Shown piece after piece: positions 11,779 to 24,989 of a DNA stretch of 40,755 nucleotides (positions are counted from its first letter, which is position 1; each line of letters begins with the position of its first letter). Source of the stretch: Octopus bimaculoides. Taxonomy: Eukaryota. Below the pieces are notes generated by a model. That model was given only the letters and a program-made list of their open reading frames with translations, was not told where the DNA came from and searched no databases. The DNA lies in NCBI RefSeq assembly GCF_001194135.2, contig NC_068987.1, positions 101,612,378 through 101,653,132 of the forward strand, written 5' to 3'. The position numbers and the translations under genes are program-made.

Positions 11779-12249
11779 GAAGACGGCTCAATTTCACATT
11801 CTCTAAGTTAAAGAATCTGGCTGTAGCGGAAGGCTTTTGTACAAGATATCGCTAAAATCAAATTCTGCCCTTGAATCCATTTATTTCACTTCGGCGAAGG
11901 AAGTTTTTTTCCGTAGGTTAAAAGACTGTGGTGGTGGACGTTGAAATCCCTACGGTAAAAAAAAGTGTGGGCATGTAGCTACAGTATATTACGAAACCGG
12001 AACTATGGTACATTTTTTGGCAGGTAAGAGAAGCAAACAGTTGCTTTCAAAATAGAGACATCTAATTAACATATTAATTATACACTTTTAAATTTATATC
12101 CAGTATGTATGATACCCGGGTAGCTACTGAAACGGAAATGTCACACTAGATTTATTTGGCACCCGATAGCGAGATTTGATAAACCAGTCTTGCTTCAAAG
12201 CAAAATAGTTAATGACTTCCAACTGATTCTCTCTCTCTCNNNNNNNNNN

Positions 12250-12285
<36 letters not shown>

Positions 12286-12780
12286 TGTGTATGCCTGCAG
12301 AATTGTGTGTGTATGTGCATATATACGGTATATATGTTTCTAAGTATGTGTGTATCTATATATAAATATATGCATGTCTGCTAATATGAGACTCGCCCAC
12401 AAACACAAACACACACACACCCAACCACACATACACATTCTATCTTCTTATATCTCTTCTTTCTCAATCTCTGCGCATACACCCACGGCCATTATAATTC
12501 AAATTTTCAAAAAAAAAAAAAAATAATAAATAAAACTCAATTTATTTTCTTCTTTATAATTTGTTGTATGCAGGACGGTATGAATTATTCAGGAAATGTT
12601 ACAGTATTAGATTTATCGAGTTACTTCGCTTACCGTGTCGACATTGAATCTACATTTCTGACTTCTACATAGCAATATATTTTACCTGAAATGTGTTTAA
12701 TATACCTTAGCAGTATAATACAGTCGTGATTCTGCTATGCCATAAATAACAAACACAAGCACGATAACATAGTCTTAACT

Positions 12781-13217
12781 CTCTTTACTCTTTTACTCTT
12801 TTACTTGTTTCAGTCATTTGACTGTGGCCATTCTGGAGCACCGCCTTTTTTAGTCGAGCAAATCGACCCCCAGGACTTATTCTTTGTAAGCCTAGTACTT
12901 ACTCTATCGGTCTCTTTTGCCGAACCGCTAAGTTACGGGGACGTAAACACACCAGCATCGGTTGTCAAGCGATGTTGGGGGGGGGNNNNNNNNNNNNNNN
13001 NNNNNNNNNNNNNNNNNNNNNNNNNNNNNNNNNNNNNNNNNNNNNNNNNNNNNNNNNNNNNNNNNNNNNNNNNNNNNNNNNNNNNNNNNNNNNNNNNNNN
13101 NNNNNNNNNNNNNNNNNNNNNNNNNNNNNNNNNNNNNNNNNNNNNNNNNNNNNNNNNNNNNNNNNNNNNNNNNNNNNNNNNNNNNNNNNNNNNNNNNNNN
13201 NNNNNNNNNNNNNNNNN

Positions 13218-13258
<41 letters not shown>

Positions 13259-13409
13259 TACGACGGGCTTCTTTCAGTTTCCGTCTACCAAATCCACTCA
13301 CAAGGCTTTGGTCGGCCCGAGGCTATAGCTGAAGACACTTGCCCAAGGTTTCACGCAGTAGGAATGAACCCGGAACCATGTGGTTGGTAAGCAAGCTACT
13401 TACCACACA
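12781..13409 (-). mobile_element. SINE family A, essentially full length, with internal G-run/(TA)n microsatellite (gap)
   Basis: Minus-strand order: tRNA-like head (B-box GGTTCATTCC), CORE-like ccttgggcaagtgtcttc, (TA)n, gap, C-run, 3' body, then a (GTAAAAGA)n tail. Confidence 0.9.
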
Positions 13410-13975
13410 AAGAATTTAGAAACTTCGAGAAAACGTGAAATAACTCGTTTCTAACACTTGAACTCGAATAGATAAAGTCACAAACAATAAGCACGTAAGT
13501 GGGTTAACAAAAATATGTGGATAGAGAAAAAAATCAAGGGCTAACCACAAGATACGAACCCGCACCTGAAAACATGTTAGAAGTTCTACCATTGGACAGC
13601 CTTCGAGTTTTTCTATCTAAGGGATTTTTGAAGTCAATATCTACGAGGTGGTATTACATTTTTGTCTTCATTGTTAGTTAATAATAATAAAAATGTCTAA
13701 ACAAACTGAAGAATAAAATCAAAGATACAATTAAGGATTGAAAACTAATACAGAGATCAAATGGTGAAGATTGACCATTTCAGTACTCATCAACTGTTTC
13801 TTTATATCTGTGAAGTATCTAACTTAACCCCTGTCTTTCATGACAAAGCAACTGTATCCATCCTACAGTTGAGTCAACCTCTATTAGAATTATTTTATTA
13901 CAATCTAGTTCAAAAATAAGTTAGTAGATATCCTCACCCATCCCGTATAAGTATTCTTCCATATACCTGCCTACA

Positions 13976-14311
13976 GTGGAAGCGCAATGGCCCAGTAGTT
14001 AGGGCAGCAGACTCGCGGTCATAGGATCGCGGTTTCTATTTCCAGACCAGGCGTTGTGAGTGTTTATTGAGCGAAAACACCTAAAGCCCCACGAGGCTCC
14101 GGCAGGGATGGTGGCGAACCCTGCTGTACTCTTTCACCACAACTTTCTCTCACTCTTACTTCCTGTTTCTGTTGTACATGTAATTCAAAGGGCCAACNNN
14201 NNNNNNNGCTCAGCCATTTGCACGTTAATTTCACGAGCAGGCTGTTCCGTTGATCGGATCAACTGGAACCCTCGTCGTCGTAAGCGACGGAGTGCCAACA
14301 ACAACAACAAT
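13976..14311 (+). mobile_element. SINE family C, full length (internal 10-N gap), 9-bp TSD
   Basis: A-box-like TGGCCCAGTAG, B-box-like GGTTTCTATTTCC and a (CAA)n tail. TSD CTGCCTACA at 13967-13975 and 14312-14320. Confidence 0.93.
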
Positions 14312-15582
14312 CTGCCTACAAGATAGTGTATATTGTTTTACACACACATACACACACGCACATTCACGTATACACATATCTATGTGTGTGTGTCTGTGTG
14401 TGTGTGTACACCCACATATATATACTTCTTACTAATATTCTTACTAGGCTTACTGCATATATCAGTATTGGGTTGAATGTATAACCCACATGGTGTGTAG
14501 TGAGTATATCTTTATATATCCACACATGTATGTATATATAAAAAACAGTCACATATGTATCCATGTATACCATAGACATAAATACATTTCTTATATACAT
14601 TCTTACTATTATAGAACCAGGAAAGAAATGCGATGATAAAGTAAAATATGTATACGTATATCTATTTTTATATACAAAAATGCACGTTTTATGAACCTGC
14701 TATTTCTAAAGATAGAAATAAAAGGAAGATGAACGATAAGAATATAAATTCATACAACTATTTGTATATGCATATATATACACTATTTATATACATTTTG
14801 CTTATGTAAAAAAAAAAAAGAAGCAGAAATAGTACAATAAGATAACGTTTAATAGAATAAAATATTATATACAAGCATGAGTAAAATAGAACATATTCAA
14901 AGATATCTATTTAGATATACACTACTAACAAATATTCTTAGGCTAGGTCGAACCCATATGCAAGGTAGTGTATGTGGTTTGATATATACCTATATACACA
15001 AACGCCTATGATCTTTTTACATACATTTAATTACATTTAAAAACATGAGATGAATACATATAATATGACAAAGAAAAATGAATGCAGATTCAATCATCAA
15101 TTATTAATGGTTTTTACAAAAAGTGACGATGAGCCTTTTAGCTTGTGGTTGCTTCTATTAGCTGTTTCGGAGTACCTATTCACAAGTATATCTGTACACA
15201 TTAAACTGCATAACACTTCCTGAGAACAAAGATTGCAAAATATTAAGATGTCCGGATATTTATGTTGTATTACAACTTTCTTTCCTTAAGTTTCCAGAAC
15301 AGGTCAGCGAATGATGTGCAGTGTGCTCCCGATATCGATGTTTGAAGCAATCAGTGGTCACACCTGTATATACAAATGCATCTGCTGGCAGGCACCCCAA
15401 CTATACATTTCTATATTACGTTCTTAGGAAGGCATTCATTTCCCAGCGGAAATGCATTCCTTTCCTTACAACTACAAATCTTTACGACAGTTTACTAAGC
15501 GGTCGCAACTACTGTTTCTTCTATTTCTAATATTTTCTTTATTGTTTCTGTAGTTATTATTAGTGCTCTTGAAAAACCCTTC

Positions 15583-15637
<55 letters not shown>

Positions 15638-16079
15638 ACGCACACGCACACATTCACACACAAACACACACATATATACACACACACATACACACACACT
15701 AGTGGGTTATCTGGTACTACTACAATCGTTTCATTAAAAGTCTTTATTTTGACGTAAATATGACACACTCAGGTATGTGGTGTGCACAATATTCATAATA
15801 TGTAATACCTTACACCAGTCACAGCTCTTCTGGCTTACCAAAGATACAAGTGAGCATTTACATGCTGAATATGATGTATTGCGTGTCAACATCTCACTGC
15901 TCGCATGTAAACATCATACAGTGAAGTACGTAGCAACCTCGCTGGTATATTTAGTTAGCCTGAGGAACTGAGAACCGCATAACGTATTACCTATTCCTAT
16001 AGAGGCTGTGCATACGGCGCCCCTGAGTGTACCTTGTTTTTTATCACAATAAAGATCCTTAATGAGATGATTGTAACAG

Positions 16080-16250
16080 TACCACACTTAAGGTTTCAGA
16101 TTGTCAAATTTTTGAATACTGTTGGAGTTTCAGATTGTACGTAACTTAATCGATGCATTCCATACCATACTTAAGGTTCCATTAATCTTTGAATACTATT
16201 GAAGTTTAAGGTTGCCAAAAAATAGAGTACGTCACTTAATCAATGCATTC
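16080..16250. repeat. Diverged tandem duplication, about 85-bp unit x2
   Basis: taccacacttaaggtt...ttgaatactgttggagttt...gtacgtaacttaatcgatgcattc (16080-16162) versus taccatacttaaggtt...ttgaatactattgaagttt...gtacgtcacttaatcaatgcattc (16163-16250). Confidence 0.85.
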
Positions 16251-17198
16251 TGTGCTAGGAAATGGAACTGTCTGACTTGAGTCGTTCTCTCTAACCGTTA
16301 ATTTTGCTGTCTTTCACTTTGGAATGCCCAGATCTTTCATGAGTCCCCTTTTCTTCAAATCTGTCTATCAAGCTCTTTATCCGTCTGTCTGTCTCCCCCA
16401 CAAACACACACCGGCTGAAGCTGTATGGTGTTACGTAAGGTTTGGGTTCCAATGAGCCTTGAGAATGCGTCATGGTGTGTTGTAATAAAATGCTCCTCCA
16501 TCCAAGGGAATGTTGCTTTATAATACCTTACGCTGCTGTATTAAGCAACTGGGAAGCAGAAATTTAAGTAAAACCATACAACTTCAGCCGAATTGATTTA
16601 ATTTCACTATCCTCTACTCTCTATTTTGAATACTTTTTCTCTTGTATGTTAGAAGTGAAGAATACACCCACACTCCACAAACATTCACACATAGACATAC
16701 ATACAAGAATAAATACACACTCATACAAATATTATACATATAAATGTGCGTGTGTGTGCGTGTGCATGTGTGTCTCTGTATGTGTGTGTGTCTGTAACAT
16801 GTGCGTATAGAATCATAAAATAGGAACAAGTCTGAAGGCAATTGGTTTGTTAAAAGACCGGGGCAATAAAGTTTTCACCTATTATTTTCCGTGTCATTAC
16901 ATGTCAACTAACCCCTGGGTCCTTTTTAAATCTGACCCCTAAATTACAGTCACCCCTGCTGGCGCGCAAGTCTTTAAGATATTCTAATCTACCTGTTCCA
17001 TAGTGCATTCAATTTTAACGTGTACATGTCAATGTAATGCCCACGGTGTGTGGGTCAGTGTATGTATACACACATGCATACATATATGTGTGTGTGTACA
17101 CATAGGTATATAATGTATGTCTGTATATATATATGTGTGTGTGTAGTGTGTGTATATGTATGCGTATGCATGTATACATATATACATATGTCTATATT

Positions 17199-17239
<41 letters not shown>

Positions 17240-17950
17240 NNNNNNNNNNNNNNNNNNNNNNNNNNNNNNNNNNNNNNNNNNNNNNNNNNNNNNNNNNNNN
17301 NNNNNNNNNNNNNNNNNNNNNNNNNNNNNNNNNNNNNNNNNNNNNNNNNNNNNNNNNNNNNNNNNNNNNNNNNNNNNNNNNNNNNNNNNNNNNNNNNNNN
17401 NNNNNNNNNNNNNNNNNNNNNNNNNNNNNNNNNNNNNNNNNNNNNNNNNNNNNNNNNNNNNNNNNNNNNNNNNNNNNNNNNNNNNNNNNNNNNNNNNNNN
17501 NNNNNNNNNNNNNNNNNNNNNNNNNNNNNNNNNNNNNNNNNNNNNNNNNNNNNNNNNNNNNNNNNNNNNNNNNNNNNNNNNNNNNNNNNNNNNNNNNNNN
17601 NNNNNNNNNNNNNNNNNNNNNNNNNNNNNNNNNNNNNNNNNNNNNNNNNNNNNNNNNNNNNNNNNNNNNNNNNNNNNNNNNNNNNNNNNNNNNNNNNNNN
17701 NNNNNNNNNNNNNNNNNNNNNNNNNNNNNNNNNNNNNNNNNNNNNNNNNNNNNNNNNNNNNNNNNNNNNNNNNNNNNNNNNNNNNNNNNNNNNNNNNNNN
17801 NNNNNNNNNNNNNNNNNNNNNNNNNNNNNNNNNNNNNNNNNNNNNNNNNNNNNNNNNNNNNNNNNNNNNNNNNNNNNNNNNNNNNNNNNNNNNNNNNNNN
17901 NNNNNNNNNNNNNNNNNNNNNNNNNNNNNNNNNNNNNNNNNNNNNNNNNN

Positions 17951-18490
17951 CACCACCACCACCACCACCACCACCACCACCACCACTATGCCCATCATCA
18001 CAAATACCACGACCACTATTTCAACTCTTCCAAACCATCACCATAGCTACCACAAACGTCCACATCACCTAAGCCATCGCTACCATTTCCAATGCTACCA
18101 GGAGCATCAACAGCAGCACCATTCATTACCACTAGCATATACACCATCACTACCTCCTATACGAAGATAAAGCATAAACCACCACCGACGCCGCCACCGC
18201 CACCGCTACCACCGCTATTACCTCCACTGCCACCTCCGGTGCTACAACCACCACCACAACTACCACCACCACCAGCATAAACATCTACTACAATTTCTAC
18301 CATCACCATCAACAGAACTACCATCAATTCCAACAGAACCACCATGTTGACCGTTACACCACCGCCGTCATCATCATCAACAACTACTACAGCAATAGCA
18401 ATATCAAAACTATCACCATCTCCACCACCACCTCTGCCGCCTCCAAGACCATTACGCATCAGCACCTCTAGCTCCACCACTACCGTCACC
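17951..18490. repeat. Degenerate (ACC/ACT/ATC)n trinucleotide satellite
   Basis: Pure (CAC)n at the gap edge decays into cryptic trinucleotide repeats. It yields poly-P, poly-T or poly-H ORFs depending on frame. Confidence 0.9.
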
Positions 18491-19107
18491 ACAGAGCTAA
18501 ACAGCGTATACTAATAAGGTTGTCTTTACCAGCGTGCCCAGCCTGCTTGTGATAGCAGTGAATTTTGTCTCGTATTATAACCTCCGTTCTTACAAGAAAG
18601 AAACGGAATGGTCACGGCTGGAACTCCTTTGATTTGAGCTCTAATCAATTAATGATGATACAGACTTAAGTAAAATTAACAGCAATAACAACAGCAGCGA
18701 AAATGTCTACAATACTCTGTTCCCGACAAATTTCGTTCCATTTATCTCTAGGCAAGATTATGGCTTTAAATTTAAGCTCACTGTATACCACGACCACCAT
18801 TAACTCAGAGATAAGAGTTTAAACTTTTGCTAAAATAAAACAACCGACAATGAGTAAATCTAAAATTTATGTTGTGCAACCTGATTATTTTAAGTTCAAA
18901 GAAGGGGTACTGGAGTGGCATGTCCTTAGAGTGTCGTCGGTATTTTCCCCGCTTCTTTGTGCTCTTAGTGCAAATCCTGCCGATGCCATCTTCGGTACTC
19001 ATTCCTCTGAGGTTGATGAGCTACTTATCAAGTGCTGTGGTCGATATCATCAGTCGATCACCTCCCATCAAGGTTTTAGGCATTGCTCCTTTGTAAGCAA
19101 CATTTAT

Positions 19108-19491
19108 GTTGTTGGCACTCCGTCGCTTACGACGTCGAGGGTTCCAGTTGATCCGATCAACGGAACAGCCTGCTCGTGAAATTAACGTGCAAGTGGCTGA
19201 GCACTCCACAGACACGTGTACCCTTAACGTAGTTCTCGGGGAAATTCAGCGTGACACAGTGTGACAAGGCTGATCTTTTGAATTACAGGCACAACAGAAA
19301 CAGAAAGTAAGAGTGAGAGAAAGTTGTGGTGAAAGAGTACAGCAGGGTTCGCAACCATCCCCTGCCGGAGCTTCATGGAGCTTTAGGTGTTTTCGCTCAA
19401 TAAACACTCACAACGCCCGGTCTGGGAATCGAAACCGCGATTCTATGACGGCGGGTCCGCTGCCCTAACCACTGGGCCATTGCATCTCCAC
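19108..19491 (-). mobile_element. SINE family C, full length, 13-bp TSD
   Basis: TSD AAGCAACATTTAT at 19095-19107 and 19492-19504. A/B boxes and the (CAA)n tail are on the minus strand. Confidence 0.95.
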
Positions 19492-19909
19492 AAGCAACAT
19501 TTATATATAAGTGCAAAAAAAATAAATTACAAAGCAAAACAAATAACTCATAACGTTATTTCACTCATTTATGAACAACTGACGAACATATTCCAGATCC
19601 AAACACACTCTTCTGAATTAGATAATTCCATTTTTAACACAGTAATTGAGAAGTACACAATAGAGATCTTTAAATCTATAGTTGAATAATCAGAAATTAT
19701 TTTCTCATAAAATTGCCCGAATTCAAATTTTCTCAATTTCAGTTTTCCGAAAAATTACAATTCCGAATAAGTAAATTTAACTTAGTGGGTGAAATTTATC
19801 TCTTAACGAGTAAATTTGCTCCAGTTTGGGAATCCCAATTTATTCTGTCTGAATTCTAGTTGCGATTACAATATATACTTAGTAATGGAACGTATTTCAG
19901 TCATGTATT

Positions 19910-19946
19910 GCAGATGAGCCCTGGCAGATGAGCCCTGGCAGATGAG
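19910..19946. repeat. 14-bp tandem repeat GCAGATGAGCCCTG x2.6
   Basis: Exact copies at 19910-19923 and 19924-19937, partial copy at 19938-19946. Confidence 0.95.
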
Positions 19947-20859
19947 AATGATAAAACACACAATTGCTATGTAATCAGGAGCATATCTACAATCGCAGTC
20001 TGTTATTCTTTATAGGATCTATGACATTTACAGTTTGTATGACTATGTGGTTTGTAGACCTACTAGAAAAAAAGAAGTAAACTAGAACACATCGACTTAA
20101 ATATCAAATTGGAGAATATAAACCCCGATATAGAAACAGACTAGATAGATAGCTCTAAATCTTCTTTGATTATAAGTGTTCTTAATGTGAGGCTCAAATA
20201 AAAACAATACCTCCATATAAACACTCGTACATATAAGGTGGCTGCAACTCGATTTCGAGTAATGATTGTTCACTTGAATGTAAGCAGCACAAATGTGGCT
20301 TTTCAGGCTTTCTGACTACTTCTATTCGGTATTGTTTAATTTGTGCCGCAAGGTATACAACAAAAACCACCATCCTTACCGAACAAGCGGGATTGGGTTT
20401 TTCTTTTAGCCGCCGACGGCTTGATCATGCAGTGGATTACATTGAGTAACATGTTACCAGTAGCACTAAATAGTCACCTGATATGCCATGATGAGTAACG
20501 AAGGTGGATTTGTTGCACTTCCTGAAAAACGTAAAACAGAACCTGTCAAAAGATGGCTGAACTACAGCAAATTTTTACGGATATATTTGTATATTTAAGT
20601 AAAAAGTTGTATGTTAAATGATCACGTATTTCTTCACAATTACTTTTAGAATTTTACCCATCAGATATTCCTTGTGATGCTTTTCATCTTGTTTATTCTA
20701 ATTCAACTCGAATATCTGCTTCACCATTGATTTCTGGTTTTATGTAGCCGACATAGTGTATGTTACATTAAAAGCCAGCAGAAATTAAGTTTGGACACAG
20801 ATAGCATCGGTCTATTTAATCTGTTTTCTTTGCTTCTTTTAATATTCCATTTCCCTAAG

Positions 20860-21070
20860 GCTGTTGCGAGCTGTGTGAATAGACTGCCCGTCAGACAAAT
20901 TGTCTAGCGATATTCCTTCCGTCTCATTACTTTCGGAATTCAAATTCTACCGATATCGATATTGGATATTGCCTTCCATCATAAAAAAAAAGTACCAGTT
21001 AAAAACTAGGGTCGACGTCATCGATTAACGCTCTCCTTAAAACTTATGGACTTGTGCCAAAATTTAAAAC
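20860..21070 (+). mobile_element. SINE family B, highly diverged copy
   Basis: gaattcaaattctaccga...gccttccatc...aagtaccagtt...ctagggtcgacgtcatcgat...gacttgtgccaaaattt follows the family B order. Confidence 0.65.
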
Positions 21071-22993
21071 TAATATTGTGCTTTCCCTTCAGGCAAATTT
21101 ACCCTTCTATTTTCAGTAACAAATCTCATCGATTAATTTCCGCAATCGTAACAATTTCGTTTTATTTTTTTCTTATTCTCCAGCTCTATTTCTTTTCATT
21201 ATCTGTAGACAAGTAATGCCTTTTATTCCTATGCTGTTACTTTCTTATACTTGCACACACACAACAGTCATTTCTGGCACCAACAATGGAATCCACACTA
21301 CTCAACCTAGTTTATTTTTCCTTTTACATATCAAACAACTTATATGTTTTACATATATCTCTACTCCAAAGGTTTCAGACCGCGTGACATAACAGCACAC
21401 AAACACGCACAGACACACAAACACGCCCCCAAACACAGACACCTCAGGCGCTTGCCTTTCTGTTTGAGAAAGACAATGTATTTATGTGTGGATGTGTGTG
21501 CGCGTGTGTGCACGCTTGTGTGTATGCAGACGTGTGGGTATATGTAATGTATGTGCCTGAGCAAACGGTGAATTTCAGAATATAAATTATGTAAGCCTGC
21601 ATCGCATTTATCTTCGCGACTTGTTGTAAACTTAATTATCTATGTACACTGTATGCAATATACATACATGCATACAGATATAGGAATGTATATCAACAAT
21701 ATATATATACATTCTCTACTTCTGTTGGGTCGTATAGTTGAGTCTGTCTCGACACTTGACAGTTGCGGGAAAATTAATACTCACGTACATAGATGTAAGC
21801 ATGTTTGNNNNNNNNNNNNNNNNNNNNNNNNNNNNNNNNNNNNNNNNNNNNNNNNNNNNNNNNNNNNNNNNNNNNNNNNNNNNNNNNNNNNNNNNNNNNN
21901 NNNNNNNNNNNNNNNNNNNNNNNNNNNNNNNNNNNNNNNNNNNNNNNNNNNNNNNNNNNNNNNNNNNNNNNNNNNNNNNNNNNNNNNNNNNNNNNNNNNN
22001 NNNNNNNNNNNNNNNNNNNNNNNNNNNNNNNNNNNNNNNNNNNNNNNNNNNNNNNNNNNNNNNNNNNNNNNNNNNNNNNNNNNNNNATATATATATATAT
22101 ATATACACACTTACATGCTTACATATAATTCTACATATATATTTAGGTACACATACGCGTGCATACTTACGCAAGCAGTTATACACACACACATATAAGT
22201 ATGAAGCTATGTGTACAAAATATAATTTGTTTTGAGGGTCTTGTACTTCGTACTAGATCCCTCACCCGCTCGACTCTTGCTAAATTTACATAATGTCTGT
22301 CACTAGAGTATTTGCGCTTTTGTGTGTATGTGTGTGTATGTGTGTCTGAGTGCGCTTCTTTGCGTGTGCATGTGTGTGAGTGTATAAATGCCTATTTGCC
22401 AGTGTAAATATGCATACGCTGTGCGAGTGCACGTGTGTGTGTGCGCGCACCCGTATTTTTGTATGTATGTGTTTGCACTTATGTGTATGTATTGGTGTTT
22501 AGACTGGAGTAAATAGCTTATTCTGAATAGATTGCTAGAGAAGAGAACGGCAATGGTGGTGGTGTTGGTGGTGGTGGGGTTGAATGGAAGAGTAATATGA
22601 ATGTGTGTGGAATTGTCTACAAAAGGGGAGGGAATGCATATCTGAGTAAGAAATAAGAAAGATGGTAGTATATATNNNNNNNNNNTATATATATATGCAA
22701 AATGAGCAAGAAAAATATGAATGGTAAAGAATGATGACAGTTGTTCTATAAAGAGAGCAAAATAGAATATCAAGAAAATATGGAAACATGGAACTATCTG
22801 GTTAAGGACTTGATTTTGTGGTTTTGGTGTTTTCGGTTCGATGTCTGTGCCTTAGATACGGTTAATCAAAGTTTAATCTAGAAACTTTGACAGAAATTAA
22901 GTGCTCGGACATCTGTCGTTTTTACCTACACGCATGCATACACATATCCATACATCTGTGCGTACGTAAATACATACATAGAAACGTGTGTGC

Positions 22994-23032
<39 letters not shown>

Positions 23033-24407
23033 TTTATGTGTTTAAAAGATTTGGCAGAGTCGTAATCTAGTACGTGCTTCACGTGGTGATTGCTAGCCAC
23101 AAAGTTTATTGTGTGTGTGTTTACACACATACATACACAGAGGCAGGCACATAAATGGCGAAACAATGTAGAAAGGATAGTACTCGAATATCAATGTAGA
23201 ATATGTCCGACGAACGGGAACATACATATATATATATATATGTGTGTGCGTGCGCGCGCGTATGTATGTGTGTGTATATATGTGTAGATAAATAAATAGA
23301 TAGGTAAATACATACATACATGCATACATATATAAAATATTCATTATTAATTAGCGAACTTTCTTTAATGTGTTATTTAATGCCTCATTTAAACAATGCA
23401 ACGAGAGCGATACACTCGCATATCTATGAAAAACACAACTATCTTCAAATAAAGTTTACTTAAAGTGTCTACAGCAAAAAAAATAAACATATGAATATAA
23501 ATGGAAGAAAAGAAAATGTTTTATCAAGAGGATTATGTATTGGGTAGAAAATTTACTTTGAAATAAAGAAAATATGAAGAAAATAAACTCACCTGAGAAT
23601 ACAGCGAAAAATAAATACGGTGACTAAACAGTAAATACGAGGCTCTTTACAATTTATTGCAACAGTTAGAAGTTGATTTATTTCTCCTGACGAAACGTAT
23701 CAAGTTTGAAAAAATTTTAACTCTTTTAATGATGAGTGTAAGAATACGATTAAAAGATGTTAATAATAAGCGACAGCGTTTTCGCTAATTCAGATACAAA
23801 AATATGAATAAATGAAGTTATAACATTCTCCGAGATCTACAAACAGAAAATCGGGTTTTATCTGTTTCGATGACTGATTTTTATAAAGACCAAACTGTAT
23901 CGTTTAAAACGACCTTAAACCTATTGTTAAACGAGTTACTCCTGGAACGGACGTAGGTGATATGCCAGAGACACTTGTAACTCACACTTCACTATTAAAC
24001 CGAAAGTTTCCAAACACTTTTTAATTAATCTTAGTAACCATTTTAAAATAATTCATCTAACAACAGTAAGTGCATATAAGTTCTCATTCCCCAAATAAAG
24101 CTTAGAACATAGTTACTATTTCAGAATAATTCAAATGATTAATTAGACTAGTTAAAAGGTGTTTCATTTGAAACTGGTGACTGAAAAATCGAGCCCAAAT
24201 TTTCTAATCATTACAAAAACACTTATCAATTGTATTCATGTTCATCATTCTAGGTTTTTGCTTTAGTATATTCAATAAAATAGTAAATGTGGCGAGGAAT
24301 GATTTGAGATTAAGCAGAAAATCTAATCTACTATTATAAACTTAAAAAAAGGATGGATGATTAAACTGAATTTTCTGCATGCCTCTAATAGATATTGATC
24401 TCAAATT

Positions 24408-24598
24408 GTAAGACAAGGCCAGCAATTTCGGGGAGAGGTTAAGTTGATCACGTCGGCTCCAGTGCTCAACTGATACTTATTTTATCAACCCCGAAATGAT
24501 GAAAGGCATAATCGGCCTCACTGGAAGAACGTTAAGTCGGACGAAATGCTGCTAAGCATTTTTCCCGGCGAGTTAATGATTCTGTCAGTTTGCTGCTT
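24408..24598 (-). mobile_element. SINE family B, diverged copy
   Basis: acaaggccagcaatttcggg...tacttattttatcaaccccgaaatgatgaaaggc...ctgctaagcatttttcccggcg...atgattctgtcag. Confidence 0.8.
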
Positions 24599-24989
24599 TA
24601 CATCTACCAAATACTGAAAATTACTTTTATTCTTTAAGAAGGGATCTACAGCTGACTATAACCAATTTATTTTACGATAACTTACTGTACGATAATAAGT
24701 TACTAAATATATATTTCGAAGCTATATATTTTAGATATCGCTACTATTGATAAGCCGCAACCTAATTATTCAAGTATTGTAAAACTATAATATGGTCTAT
24801 CGTAATGAAATAGCCTTTTGCAATGAAATATCGTTTCTTATAAGGAAAAGCTACTGTAATAGTTTAGAGTATGTTATAAATATTTTTTTACACCAAGATT
24901 TAGGTATATTAATTATAGAGTGGTAGGGTTCATAACAGAAAAATCTACTTATATATGTTCAGTGCAAGCCAGCCATTTCTTTATGGTAA

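Noticed and set aside
13530-13600. tRNA-like A/B boxes on the minus strand
   Set aside because: No cloverleaf forms. At best this is a decayed SINE head, not a tRNA gene.
15703-15772. 70-bp open segment ending in a strong CAG|GTATGT donor
   Set aside because: The acceptor lies in (CA)n with no pyrimidine tract, and the peptide is unrecognised.
16945-16968. CTCF-like motif cacccctgctggcg
   Set aside because: A partial match to a short motif is expected by chance in 40 kb.
20410-20494. Segment after a strong acceptor (tttttcttttag) with two possible donors
   Set aside because: The peptides are short and unrecognised, and there is no independent support.
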